NCBI GenBank assembly: GCA_026413965.1 | Contig: JAOAJY010000001.1 | Coordinates: 57,642 to 121,641, forward strand | Reading direction: 5' to 3' | DNA: 64,000 nucleotides | From: Candidatus Micrarchaeota archaeon | Lineage (GTDB): Archaea; Micrarchaeota; Micrarchaeia; Anstonellales; Anstonellaceae | Shown here: positions 1 through 9,381 of the stretch, piece by piece | Numbering within the stretch: position 1 is the stretch's first letter | How the letters are laid out: each line of letters opens with the position of its first letter | Made by a program: the position numbers and the translations under genes | Notes under the pieces: generated by a model | What the model was told of the DNA's origin: nothing | What the model saw: the letters and a program-made list of their open reading frames with translations, nothing else | Databases searched by the model: none

Positions 1-1032
1 TTCTTTTGAGGCAAGCTTGATTTCCCTTGCGATTCTTCTGCCCATGCTCATGGGCTCTCCGTAAATGTAAGCGGTGTATGGCGAGCCTTGCGGGTATATG
101 TTTGTGCCTGCCACAATTCTTGCTGAGACTTCAAATGCGAAAAATTGCAGGTTCTCATCCACCACCGTCTCAAGGCAGAAAGGCCCAGGGATTCCCCCAA
201 AAAGCCGGTCCGCAGCCTCGACAATGCTCTTTCCCATCTCAAACACATCCTCCAAAAGAGACTCGCGGATGACCAGAAGCTCGTTTCCGACTACGGTGAA
301 TGAGGGGGAGAAGGTCAGCCCTGCCTTCTCAGTCCGGTAAGCCTCGTCTATGTTGGACTCGAATCTGCGGTCTATCCCTATAAGCTCAATTTTGCCCTCT
401 GATGCGCGGTAGCCGTCTTTTGAGAGGGGGGAGTAGAAGTAGTGGGGATAAACCCGGACGCCGATGAGATATTCTTGTATGGTCACGTTCATGCCTTCAA
501 AATGCTCATAGAACTCCTCGGGGGAATGGACCACTTTGTATCCTCTTCCGCCTTTTGCTCCAGCAAGCTTCACCACGCAAGGCCGGTCTATCTTGTCAGG
601 AGAAAGGGTTGCCGGCACTTGCAGCCCTGCGGCTTTCATCCACTCAAACATCTTTGCCCGGTCCTTTTCCCAAGCCAGGCTGTTGCGGTTGCCGAGCATG
701 GGCACCTCAAGCTCATAAATCCTGTCGCCTGAATACTCCACCAAAGAGCCATGGGGAACAAGAATGGCGTTCTTCTCCGCAAGCTCATCTGCAGGTATGT
801 CGCGCAAGTCATCCACCATCAGAAACTCGTCCGGCTTGCCGAGCGGAAACGCCTCGTATATCTTCCTTCTTTTTTCAGTGCAGATGCCTATGGTCTTTAT
901 ACCCTCAAGCCGCGCTCCGTGGAAAATCTGCAGGGCAGTGTGCGAGCATATGGTTGCTATGCGCAGATTCTTCTTGTCATAGCCTGCAAGAACCTCTTGT
1001 ATTTTCTCTTTTGTCACTTTCATATCGACCAT
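1..1032 (-). CDS. purP: FAICAR synthetase PurP paralog (ATP-grasp); C-terminal end cut by the window edge
   Basis: My own minus-strand translation from the ATG at 1030-1032 reads MVDMKVTKEKIQEVLAGYDKKNLRIATICSHTALQIFHGAR...IAREIKLASKE. It is open to position 1 and alignable to the adjacent 377-aa ORF. It is missing from the ORF track because no stop lies in the window. Confidence 0.8.
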   Translation of the reverse strand, partial: MVDMKVTKEKIQEVLAGYDKKNLRIATICSHTALQIFHGARLEGIKTIGICTEKRRKIYEAFPLGKPDEFLMVDDLRDIPADELAEKNAILVPHGSLVEYSGDRIYELEVPMLGNRNSLAWEKDRAKMFEWMKAAGLQVPATLSPDKIDRPCVVKLAGAKGGRGYKVVHSPEEFYEHFEGMNVTIQEYLIGVRVYPHYFYSPLSKDGYRASEGKIELIGIDRRFESNIDEAYRTEKAGLTFSPSFTVVGNELLVIRESLLEDVFEMGKSIVEAADRLFGGIPGPFCLETVVDENLQFFAFEVSARIVAGTNIYPQGSPYTAYIYGEPMSMGRRIAREIKLASKE

Positions 1033-1033
1033 C

Positions 1034-2167
1034 TCAGGTGACTGCTTTCTCCAAGCAGTTCTCCTTTTGCGCAGTCTTCACTTCCAGGGCAATCCGCTCT
1101 CCGACGCTCATGCCCCTTCCGCGAAGATACTCTGTGTATGGGGTGTAGCGGACTCCGGGCGAGCCTGGCACCCTGAAAGAAACATCAAATATCACTGGCT
1201 TCTCCCCTTCATCAGAGGAAATTATCGCCCCCTGCAGCGCGAACGGACCAATTATGCCAGGCGGGTACTCTTTCCTGCAAGTCTCAGCGAACTTCTCCCC
1301 AATCTCAAATATGTCCTCAAGAAGGGACTCGCGGACTGTGCAGGCGACATGCCCGACTTCAATATTCTTCATGCGCGCCACTTTCAGCACCTCTGCCTGC
1401 TCAGGAGCGGTGAGGCGGAGCAGCCCGTCCAGATTGGTCTGCCTTCTGAAATCAGTCCCCAAAAGCTCAAGCTCCCCGCTTATTGGAGAAACAAAGTAGT
1501 TGAAATTGAACTGCGCCCCCACCACAAACTCTTCTATGAGGGCGCTTTCCAGCCCTTCCTTTGTGATAAGCCCGCGCGAAATCATTTCCTTGCTTTTGCG
1601 CTCATACTCATAGAAAGAGTGCGCTACAAAAAAGGCGCGCTCATATTTTCTTTTCGCCTCAGGGGACTTGATGATTGCCAGCCTGTCAATCTTGTCAGGA
1701 GAATCGAAAGTGATAGGCACGCGCAAGCCTGCTTTTTTGAGAAGCCAGTGCTGATTTTTTGGGGAATTCCTCTCCTCAGCGCGCAGAAGATAGCGGTTGC
1801 CAAAGATAGGGACATGGAAGGCTTTCTCAATCAAATCATAGCCCACATAAACCGAAAAGGAGCGGTGTGGGACGAATATTGCCTGCTTTTGGACCAGCTG
1901 GCTGACTGTTTTGCTTTCTGCTATGTCTTTGAACTTGTCAAGCAGGATTATTTCATCTATGCAGCCCACGCTCCCAAAAACCGTTTTCCTTTTGAGGTAT
2001 TTTTGGTAGGTCTTCTCCCTGCCTTTCTGGCACACCACCAATGACTTTATGCCAAAAGCTCTGGCTCCTGCGGATATGTCAAGCGCGGAATGCGAGCCTA
2101 GCACTGCCAAGCAGGGCTTTTTGTATGAAGAAACCGTCTTTTTGGGATCAAATGGGGCCATATCCAA
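1034..2167 (-). CDS. purP: 5-formaminoimidazole-4-carboxamide ribonucleotide (FAICAR) synthetase PurP
   Basis: The 377-aa ORF has archaeal PurP-like blocks (LAVLGSHSALDI, IFVPHRSF, FGNRYLLRAEER, GPFALQ). Confidence 0.85.
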   Translation of the reverse strand: MDMAPFDPKKTVSSYKKPCLAVLGSHSALDISAGARAFGIKSLVVCQKGREKTYQKYLKRKTVFGSVGCIDEIILLDKFKDIAESKTVSQLVQKQAIFVPHRSFSVYVGYDLIEKAFHVPIFGNRYLLRAEERNSPKNQHWLLKKAGLRVPITFDSPDKIDRLAIIKSPEAKRKYERAFFVAHSFYEYERKSKEMISRGLITKEGLESALIEEFVVGAQFNFNYFVSPISGELELLGTDFRRQTNLDGLLRLTAPEQAEVLKVARMKNIEVGHVACTVRESLLEDIFEIGEKFAETCRKEYPPGIIGPFALQGAIISSDEGEKPVIFDVSFRVPGSPGVRYTPYTEYLRGRGMSVGERIALEVKTAQKENCLEKAVT

Positions 2168-2262
2168 CTAATGGAAAATGGATTAAAAAAACTATCTAAA
2201 ATGAAATTTGGAGGCAGATTTAAATATACGTTGTTTGATAAAATACCACTAAAGGTGATAGG

Positions 2263-2907
2263 ATGCTTGGCAAAGCAAATGGAAATGGAAGCAAAAATCA
2301 GGCTAACCAGCAGGACGGCAAATGGCTTTTTGAGAAACAAATGCGGACTTTAGAAAAGCTGGAGCTGATGAGAGAGGTTGGCATCACAAGAAAGGAAACG
2401 CCTTATTTCACATGGGATGTTCCCCTCAGCGGCTATGCCTTCCCGCTGCACACCAATTTTGAGAAATTCGTCAGCATGCAAGCGGAATCCAAAGCTTCCC
2501 GAGGAATTCCGCTTTTTGTGTTTGACGCCGGCATTGGGAGCGGAAAGCAGTGGCTCCCGCTGATGAAAGGCATGGAAGGCAAGATTGAGCTTTATGGAAG
2601 CAACGTATTGGAGCAGCAGGTGGTGCCTGAGCTTGCTGGGCGTGTTGTTGTGTGCCAAGGCTCGTCAGTCCACCAGAAATTTCCGCAAAAATTTGACATT
2701 GCCGTATCAAGGCACCAGGCAGCATTTGAGGAGCTTGAAGCTATGCTGTCTTTGTCCAGAATATTGGTTCCTGGAGGCTACCTTTTCATGGTGGGGGATG
2801 CAAGAACCATGCCTGAGAGGGAGACAATAATGAAGCAGACCTCTGTGGCTTTGATGGCAGAAGACAGCTTTGAGGGCATCAAGGCATACTGGCTTTTGAA
2901 AAGATAG
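2263..2907 (+). CDS. Putative class I SAM-dependent methyltransferase
   Basis: The 214-aa ORF carries a motif I-like VFDAGIGSG and a post-motif LVPGGYLF. A TATA-like tttaaatata lies about 40 nt upstream. Confidence 0.5.
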   Translation: MLGKANGNGSKNQANQQDGKWLFEKQMRTLEKLELMREVGITRKETPYFTWDVPLSGYAFPLHTNFEKFVSMQAESKASRGIPLFVFDAGIGSGKQWLPLMKGMEGKIELYGSNVLEQQVVPELAGRVVVCQGSSVHQKFPQKFDIAVSRHQAAFEELEAMLSLSRILVPGGYLFMVGDARTMPERETIMKQTSVALMAEDSFEGIKAYWLLKR

Positions 2908-3036
2908 ATGGCAAGGATGCTTTCCAAAAAACACTGGCACCAAGGTCTGCCATCCTTTTTAAATCCGCTTGGGGATGAATTTCTGCTAAATTTCACCTAA
3001 AGGGCAAAGCCCTGATGGATTTAGTGGAGTGAGAGG

Positions 3037-3255
3037 ATGGATGTGCCTGGCGGCGGTGAAATGCCAGATGGAGAGGCTTCCAAAGCCCAAAAGCCTGACT
3101 TTAGGGTGGTGCAGGCTGAATATGACGCCAAAACAGGAAAAACTGTTTATCGGGACATTGGAGCCATGTGGCGCAACACCAGCAAAGCAGGAAACGAATT
3201 TTACACCATGAAAATAGGAAAGCTCAAGCTGCTGGTTTTCAGGAACGAGAAGTGA
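3037..3255 (+). CDS. Small hypothetical protein, DUF736-like by recollection
   Basis: The 72-aa ORF ends 5 nt before radA. The pattern KPDFRV...[21 protein letters not shown] recalls the DUF736 signature (PDFRI...IGAAWKKTS..G..YLS). A GAGG sits upstream of the ATG. Confidence 0.4.
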   Translation: MDVPGGGEMPDGEASKAQKPDFRVVQAEYDAKTGKTVYRDIGAMWRNTSKAGNEFYTMKIGKLKLLVFRNEK

Positions 3256-3259
3256 GGCG

Positions 3260-4240
3260 GTGAGCAATATGGCAAAAAAAGAGGACGCTGAGGAGAGGAA
3301 AAAAACTGCCATAAGGGACCTTGAGGACCTGCCTGGCATAGGAGAGGTTTCTGCCGAGAAGCTTCGCAAAGCAGGATATGACATTGAAAAGATAGCTGCC
3401 AGCAGCCCGCATGAGATAGATGAGATAGCCGAGATTGGCGTGGAGGCTGCAAAAAAAGCCATCGCTGCTGCCAGGGATTCGCTTGAGATGGGGTATGAAA
3501 CCGCAGACAAGATACTGGAAAGGCGCAAGGCGATAGGAAGGATAACCACAGGCTCAAAGGAATTGGATGCCCTTTTGGGAGGAGGGGTGGAGACCATGGC
3601 GATAACAGAATGCTATGGGAAATTCTCCTCAGGAAAATCGCAGGTTGGATTCCAGCTTTCTGTGAATGTCCAAAAGCCTGTGGAGCAAGGAGGCCTTGGA
3701 GGCAGCGTTCTTTTCATAGACACCGAATCTACATTCAGGCCCGAGAGGATAAAGCAGCTTGCGGAAAACGCACAGATGGACCCAGAAACTGTCCTGAAAA
3801 ACATCTATGTCTCCAGGGCAATCAACTCTGACCACCAGATGGTCCTGGTGGACAAAGCAGAGGAGCTGGTGAGGGAGAAGAACATACGCTTGATTGTTGT
3901 GGATTCCATGACTGCGCACTTCAGGGCGGATTATATAGGAAGGGGAGCTCTGGGGGACCGGCAGCAGAAGCTCAACAAGCACGTGCACACCCTCCAAAGG
4001 CTGGCAGACAAGTTCAACCTCGCTGTATATATCACCAACCAGGTGATGGACAACCCAGGCATACTTTTTGGGGACCCGACCACTCCAATAGGAGGGCATG
4101 TGCTTGCCCATGCGGCAACATACAGGATATACCTGAGGAAGGGCAAGGATGAGAAAAGGATAGCCCGTCTTGTAGACTCGCCAAATATGCCGGAAGGAGA
4201 ATGTGTCTTCAGGGTAACATCCAAGGGCATAACCGACTGA
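3260..4240 (+). CDS. radA: DNA repair and recombination protein RadA
   Basis: The 326-aa ORF has an N-terminal HhH ([20 protein letters not shown]), a Walker A GKFSSGKS, Walker B LIVVDS, and ITNQV...GGHVLAH. Confidence 0.95.
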   Translation: MSNMAKKEDAEERKKTAIRDLEDLPGIGEVSAEKLRKAGYDIEKIAASSPHEIDEIAEIGVEAAKKAIAAARDSLEMGYETADKILERRKAIGRITTGSKELDALLGGGVETMAITECYGKFSSGKSQVGFQLSVNVQKPVEQGGLGGSVLFIDTESTFRPERIKQLAENAQMDPETVLKNIYVSRAINSDHQMVLVDKAEELVREKNIRLIVVDSMTAHFRADYIGRGALGDRQQKLNKHVHTLQRLADKFNLAVYITNQVMDNPGILFGDPTTPIGGHVLAHAATYRIYLRKGKDEKRIARLVDSPNMPEGECVFRVTSKGITD

Positions 4241-5182
4241 TTAAGCCAAGCCTTTTTTCATGGAGGCAAGCTCCTCCTCTGCCTCCTTTTTCATTTTGAG
4301 AAGCACAGCCCTGCCTTTCTCATCAATCTTCAGGTTCGCAAGCTCATCCTCCACATACCCCAAGAATTCCTCCAGATGGGCTTTGGGGTTTTTGCACCTA
4401 GTTCCCCAGTCAAACACTGCGCAGCGCATGTTCTTTGAAAGATAGTTGCCATACCTTTGGACCGCCTCCCGCCGGCTTTCCTCAGGCATGATGGAGTCAG
4501 GCATCAGGAAGCGAAGGTCAGTGCCGTCAGGCATAAGGTGGAAAAGCATCTCGCAGGCATAAAATGAGACTGCGCAGGATGGATGCTGAGGGCAAATGTG
4601 GCTTTTTGCAAGCTTAGCAAGCCTTCTTGCTCCTTCTGATGAGCCTGCAAGAGACATGACTGAAATGCTCTTTATGCTTTTGCCTGCCTGCTCAGCAGCA
4701 TCCAAAAGAAGCTGTATGCCTTTCACCAAAGTGGCCCCTGTGGCGACAGTGTCTCCTATCACAACATTTGCCCCATCTGGCAAAGACTCAAAATTCTCAT
4801 ACCCTGCGATTGCTCGGAACTGCCCTTTTTTGCCCTCCACTCTCTGCCGCTGTATCCCTATGAAGCACTGCTGCAAGGCAAACCCGAAGTTTTCCTTGAA
4901 CCCTTGGTTGAGGGCGTAATAAAGGCCTCCTGAAAGGAAAACCAGCTCGCATATGGTTTCCCGCCTGGCTTCTGAAAGCTCCCTTTTTGAAAGCAGCATT
5001 GAGAAAATTTTGGCATTCTCTTCCATCGCATCTTGCAGCCTCTTCCCCACAATGTTTGGCGAGTAGAGCACAAAGCGGGCAGGCTGGCTGCAGATTATAT
5101 AGGTCCTCTCAAGCATGCCGCTCTCCTTGACTTGGTAAAGGGAATAGCTTTCGGACTTCTCCACCAAATCAACTTGCGCCAT
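4241..5182 (-). CDS. Phosphoribosyltransferase (uracil PRTase-like) with a C-terminal extension
   Basis: It has the PRPP-binding motif VVIGDTVATGATL. The start was moved to the internal ATG at 5180-5182 (MAQVDLV), because the longer ORF overlaps the divergent decarboxylase gene. Confidence 0.6.
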   Translation of the reverse strand: MAQVDLVEKSESYSLYQVKESGMLERTYIICSQPARFVLYSPNIVGKRLQDAMEENAKIFSMLLSKRELSEARRETICELVFLSGGLYYALNQGFKENFGFALQQCFIGIQRQRVEGKKGQFRAIAGYENFESLPDGANVVIGDTVATGATLVKGIQLLLDAAEQAGKSIKSISVMSLAGSSEGARRLAKLAKSHICPQHPSCAVSFYACEMLFHLMPDGTDLRFLMPDSIMPEESRREAVQRYGNYLSKNMRCAVFDWGTRCKNPKAHLEEFLGYVEDELANLKIDEKGRAVLLKMKKEAEEELASMKKGLA

Positions 5183-5234
5183 GTTTCCACCAAAGCCTAC
5201 TTGCGGAGCAACCCTAATAAAGCTGATATCCGAA

Positions 5235-6254
5235 ATGGGCGGCATGGAGCCTTCAACCTGGGTTGTTGCGCCCAATATCGCAGTTATAAAGTACTGGGGA
5301 AAAAGAGACAGCCGCCTGAATCTGCCTTACAACGGAAGCGTCTCTTTGACCATGGATGAAACCTTGTCCACGAAAACCTCTGTGAAATTTGACCAGACGT
5401 ACAAATTCGACCGGCTGATCCTCAACGGAAATGACGCAAGCGAAAAGGAAACAGCGCGCGCATCCAGAGTGCTTGATGCCATAAGGAAAAAGGCAGGGAT
5501 TGGGCACAAAGCGCTTGTGGTATCTGAAAACAATTTCCCGACTGCGGCCGGAATTGCTTCCTCTTCTTCAGGCTTCGCCGCCATCGCTCTTGCTGCCTCA
5601 GAGGCAGCGGGGCTGAATTTGGGCATCAAGGAAATTTCTGCGATTGCAAGATTGGGCTCAGGCTCAGCTTGCCGCTCGGTGATTGGGGGGTTTGTGGAGT
5701 GGAAGATGGGGAAGAAAAAAGATGGAAGCGACTCTTATGCTGTCCAGATAGCGCCGCCTTCCCACTGGCCATCCATCAGGAATGTGATTGCCATAACAGA
5801 TGAAAAAAGGAAGAAAACCGGCTCAAATGAAGGGATGGAGCTGACTGTGAAAACCAGCATTCTTTATCCTGAAAGGGTGAGGACAAGGCCCAGGATGATT
5901 TCTTTGATGAAAAAGGCAATACTTGAGAGAAACTTGCAGGCTTTCCTTGAGCTCACCATGAAAGAATCCTCCAACCTCCATGCTGTGATGCTTGACTCCT
6001 ATCCGCCAATAATTTACCTTAATGACACTTCAAGGGAGATAATGGAGGCTGTGCATGAGTACAACCGAAAGAAAGGCACAGTCTGCGCAGGCTACACCTT
6101 TGACGCAGGCCCAAACGCCCATGTCTTCACCGATGAGAAATATGCCGCAGAGGTGAAGCAGATGCTTGAGGGCATAAAAGGCGTGCAAAGGACAATTGTG
6201 TGCAAAGTTGGAGAAGGGCCAAGAAGGCTTTCTGCGATAGAATCATTGATCTGA
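5235..6254 (+). CDS. Diphosphomevalonate decarboxylase family protein (MVD or phosphomevalonate decarboxylase, GHMP fold)
   Basis: Family motifs are present: APNIAVIKYWGKRD, NFPTAAGIASSSSGFAA, LGSGSACRS, FDAGPNAHVF. The start was set at an internal ATG (MGGMEPS). Substrate specificity cannot be told from the sequence. Confidence 0.85.
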   Translation: MGGMEPSTWVVAPNIAVIKYWGKRDSRLNLPYNGSVSLTMDETLSTKTSVKFDQTYKFDRLILNGNDASEKETARASRVLDAIRKKAGIGHKALVVSENNFPTAAGIASSSSGFAAIALAASEAAGLNLGIKEISAIARLGSGSACRSVIGGFVEWKMGKKKDGSDSYAVQIAPPSHWPSIRNVIAITDEKRKKTGSNEGMELTVKTSILYPERVRTRPRMISLMKKAILERNLQAFLELTMKESSNLHAVMLDSYPPIIYLNDTSREIMEAVHEYNRKKGTVCAGYTFDAGPNAHVFTDEKYAAEVKQMLEGIKGVQRTIVCKVGEGPRRLSAIESLI

Positions 6255-6536
6255 AGCTTGCTTGCGCTTCTTGACATCCCAAATGTATTTGCCCATTTTG
6301 ACCGGAGTCACGGTTATCTCAAACCCGAGCCTATGCTCTTTGAGGAATTGCGCAAGCTTTTGGTTTATGTCCTCTGCAACAGGGTCGTTGTTCATCCAGG
6401 TGGTGGATTTGCCCACATTTATGCAGTCTGCCACAAGCCCGGCATCCAAATCAGAAACTCCATATGAGACAAGCCTGTCATATACCTGCTTTGGCGTGAG
6501 CCTTGCAGGCTCAGCCTGCTCAGATGCACTCTCCAT
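6243..6536 (-). CDS. Hypothetical small protein
   Basis: The 97-aa ORF has no recognised motif. Its end overlaps the convergent decarboxylase gene by 12 nt. Confidence 0.35.
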   Translation of the reverse strand: MESASEQAEPARLTPKQVYDRLVSYGVSDLDAGLVADCINVGKSTTWMNNDPVAEDINQKLAQFLKEHRLGFEITVTPVKMGKYIWDVKKRKQASDQ

Positions 6537-6578
6537 GTGAACTCCTCCAGGTTGGGCAGAAAGCCCTCGGTCGCCTGA

Positions 6579-7061
6579 TTGAGATTGGCGAAAAAGATTT
6601 TAGAAGCTTTGCTGGGCAGAAATTTCATGCAGAAAGAAAAGGCAGCGAAGGAAAAGTCCTGCGGCGCGGTTGTTTTCAGAGAGGAGAAAGGCAGAAGGCT
6701 GTATCTGATTTTGCACTATGAAGAGGGGCATTGGGACTTCCCTAAGGGGCATGTGGAGAAAGGCGAAAGCGAGGAAGAGACTGCGAAACGGGAGATATTT
6801 GAGGAAACCGGGATTTCGCAACTTGAATTTTTGCCCAATTACAGGGATTCCATTGCCTATTCTTTCGCAAGGGACGGAAAGCGCATCTCAAAAGAAGTGG
6901 TTTTTTTTGCAGCAAAGACACCGCAAACCCAAGTGGCCCTCTCAAGCGAGCATCTGGGATTTGCTTGGCTGGAATATGAGGAAGCAAAAAGGAGGCTGAC
7001 TTACAAAAACGCAAAGCAAGTCCTTGAAAAGGCAGAAGCGCTTTTAGCCTCGCTTTCTTGA
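6579..7061 (+). CDS. Nudix hydrolase (Ap4A hydrolase-like)
   Basis: It has the Nudix box GHWDFPKGHVEKGESEEETAKREIFEETGI. The true start may be the ATG at 6627. Confidence 0.85.
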   Translation: MRLAKKILEALLGRNFMQKEKAAKEKSCGAVVFREEKGRRLYLILHYEEGHWDFPKGHVEKGESEEETAKREIFEETGISQLEFLPNYRDSIAYSFARDGKRISKEVVFFAAKTPQTQVALSSEHLGFAWLEYEEAKRRLTYKNAKQVLEKAEALLASLS

Positions 7062-8687
7062 TGGCTGCCTCTTGCCCGCCACAATCAGCCTTGAGATTGC
7101 CTTTTTGAGAAGAGAGGAGCGGAAATTTTTTACCACCAAGGCGGCTTTGCCTTGTATTTCTTTCCTGGGAAGTGTGGTCGCAAGCGCTATGCACGGCATT
7201 CCAGCGGAGGCTGCAGCCTGGAATCCTGCCAAAGAATCCTCAAACACTATGCACTCTGAGGGCGAGACGCCAAGCTTCTCTGCGGCAAGAAGAAAGGCTT
7301 CAGGCGAGGGCTTGCGGTTTTTGACATCCTCAAGCCCGACGAATGGGATTTTTGGCAGCCCCAAAGACATCATGGAGGCTAAAATGTGCGGCTTGTGCCC
7401 GCCTGATGCTATTGCGGCAGAAATCCCGTTCTTCTGGAGGTAGCGGAAAAATTGCATGAAGCCAGGGACTTCTTTGAGGCCTTTTTTCTCTATATAATCA
7501 TGGTAAATCTCGGCGCGCTTTTTGAGGACATCTGAGATGTCTTCGCTTATGCCGTGCCTCCTGAAGACGTCTTTGAGTATGGCAACCGAGCCTACCCCGG
7601 TGTAGTTGCGCCTCCAGAAATCCTTGGATATCTTGACGCCGAATTTCAAAAGCGCCTTGTTGAATGTGCGAAGATGGGCTTGCTCGCTATCCACCACTAC
7701 CCCATCCAAGTCAAATATGGCGGCTTTGAGCTTGGAGATTGAGTTGAGAGGGACGGGCTTGAGCTGATTGCCTTGGACAAGCTGGTGCTGGGCTTGCCTT
7801 TTTCTTGAGCCTTTCCCGTTTTGGTCTGCCTTATGCTTGGCTGAGGCTGGCTTTTGGCTTTTCCATGAGGCAAAGGCAGGCTCAGGCAAAGGCTCGCTGA
7901 TATCAAAATAAGGCAAACGATGAGGCAGAGCAGGCTCCTGTGCCCCAAAATCCTGGCCAGCCAAATCCGAAAAAGGCTGCTCTTCGTAAAGCAGCCCGCT
8001 TCGGCTTCCTTGCGGAAAGCTTCCTATGGCTGCGCTTTTGATTTCGTATTCTGCGCTTATGCCTGCCCCTGCTTTCCCCAAAGAATCCTGCCGCCTTTTG
8101 CCTATCAGGAAAAATTCGTGGAAGATTGGCAGAGGCGAAGGCTCGGGCGGAAGCTTTGCTGGAATCCTATCCTCCTCATCTTGGACATAAAGGCAGGAGC
8201 CTTTGCCATCAAGGCTGTAAAGCTTAACCGCCTTATAAACCCGGGTTATTTCGCCTTTGAAGGAATTCTCCAGGTCCAAAGCCACATCATTTACCCAAAC
8301 TCTTATTTTCGCCCCATCCAGCATTTTTGAAAGGGCGGTGTTGCGCATGTCCAAAAAGAGCCTTTCTTTCCCAAAAAAGCTTTCCTTATAGGGAATGCCT
8401 TTTGAGCCGTCGGCAAGCTCGATGGAGAACTCGTATTGGTAAATCCTTCCAAGCTCATCTGCAAGCCGCCATCCTTGCCTTGTTTTGACTATTTGGTAGC
8501 TTGAATTGGACACAAACGCCTCAAGCAGAGTGCCTTTGTATCTTCTCTCCATTCCTCCAGGCAGCGCCCCTTCCTCAAGAAGCCTGGCTCTCCCAAAGGG
8601 GCTCAATTTGAACCTGACCGTCCTTTCCCTCAGCTTGCCATCCATTGTTTTTTCTTGGATTTCCAGCTTGAAGACATTTTGCGCCAT
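7044..8687 (-). CDS. Fusion protein: unknown N-terminal domain of about 300 aa plus a C-terminal HAD-superfamily phosphatase (beta-phosphoglucomutase-like)
   Basis: The C-terminus has HAD motifs: AAIFDLDGVVVDSE (motif I), ASGG, KPSPEAFL, FEDSLAGFQAA. The N-terminal half matches no family I recognise. Confidence 0.7.
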   Translation of the reverse strand: MAQNVFKLEIQEKTMDGKLRERTVRFKLSPFGRARLLEEGALPGGMERRYKGTLLEAFVSNSSYQIVKTRQGWRLADELGRIYQYEFSIELADGSKGIPYKESFFGKERLFLDMRNTALSKMLDGAKIRVWVNDVALDLENSFKGEITRVYKAVKLYSLDGKGSCLYVQDEEDRIPAKLPPEPSPLPIFHEFFLIGKRRQDSLGKAGAGISAEYEIKSAAIGSFPQGSRSGLLYEEQPFSDLAGQDFGAQEPALPHRLPYFDISEPLPEPAFASWKSQKPASAKHKADQNGKGSRKRQAQHQLVQGNQLKPVPLNSISKLKAAIFDLDGVVVDSEQAHLRTFNKALLKFGVKISKDFWRRNYTGVGSVAILKDVFRRHGISEDISDVLKKRAEIYHDYIEKKGLKEVPGFMQFFRYLQKNGISAAIASGGHKPHILASMMSLGLPKIPFVGLEDVKNRKPSPEAFLLAAEKLGVSPSECIVFEDSLAGFQAAASAGMPCIALATTLPRKEIQGKAALVVKNFRSSLLKKAISRLIVAGKRQPSRKRG

Positions 8688-8754
8688 CGCACCCCCACAA
8701 AGGCTTAAGATGAATTAAGAAGGTTTAAATTTGAAGCGGAATGCCAAATGAAAA

Positions 8755-9330
8755 TCAGTAATCTATCCCTGCGCGCGAAATCACGCCTTTGTCAAAAGGA
8801 TGCTTGCCTTTGTTCACATAAGTCAAGTAGTCGGATGCTTCCTCAATTGCTTTGGTGGCGCCGCGCCCAGTCAGCACGATTTCGCATGAGGGAGATTTGC
8901 TTTTGAGCAGATTGAGGACTTCTTCCTCTGAAACCAGCTTCTCCTTCATAGCCCAAAAAATCTCATCCAGCACAACAAGGTGGTATTGCCCTGACCAGCA
9001 AAGCTCTTGCGCCTTCCTGAAAGCTTCCCTTGCCAGCCTCCTGTCTTCATCATTGACCACAAAGCAGTCCTTGCAAAAAAACACGTAGCCATTTTTTGCC
9101 ATAAAATCCGCATGCTCAGGATTCTTCGGGCAATGCTTTGTCCCTGAGATGACCTCAATCCCAAGCTTCCGCATGGCAGAAACTTCGCCTGAAAGCCCGC
9201 CTTTGAGGAACTGCACGAAGGCCACCTTAAGCCCGTGCCCGCATGCGCGGACAGCCACGCCTACCGCAGATGTGGTCTTGCCATTTCCGTCTCCGGTGAG
9301 GACATGCACCAGCCCTTGCTTTCTTGGCAT
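8755..9330 (-). CDS. cobA: ATP:cob(I)alamin adenosyltransferase, CobA/CobO/BtuR family
   Basis: It has a P-loop TGDGNGKTTSA, VQFLKG, LVVLDEI, VLTGRG, and a C-terminal KHPFDKGVISRAGIDY that resembles the Salmonella CobA end. The start was set at the internal ATG (MPRKQG). Confidence 0.8.
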   Translation of the reverse strand: MPRKQGLVHVLTGDGNGKTTSAVGVAVRACGHGLKVAFVQFLKGGLSGEVSAMRKLGIEVISGTKHCPKNPEHADFMAKNGYVFFCKDCFVVNDEDRRLAREAFRKAQELCWSGQYHLVVLDEIFWAMKEKLVSEEEVLNLLKSKSPSCEIVLTGRGATKAIEEASDYLTYVNKGKHPFDKGVISRAGIDY

Positions 9331-9381
9331 GGCAATGATTTGGAGCAAGCATTATTTACTACTTTCTACTAAACCGTTCGC

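Noticed and set aside
2986-3597. A 203-aa minus-strand ORF overlaps radA and the small upstream gene.
   Set aside because: It is a shadow ORF antisense to a strongly supported gene, with a low-complexity S/A/L-rich translation.
5181-5275. The longest-ORF models of the PRTase and the mevalonate decarboxylase-family gene show an apparent 95-nt head-to-head overlap.
   Set aside because: Both have internal ATGs (5182 on the minus strand; 5235 or 5244 on the plus strand). These preserve all conserved motifs and restore a divergent promoter gap.
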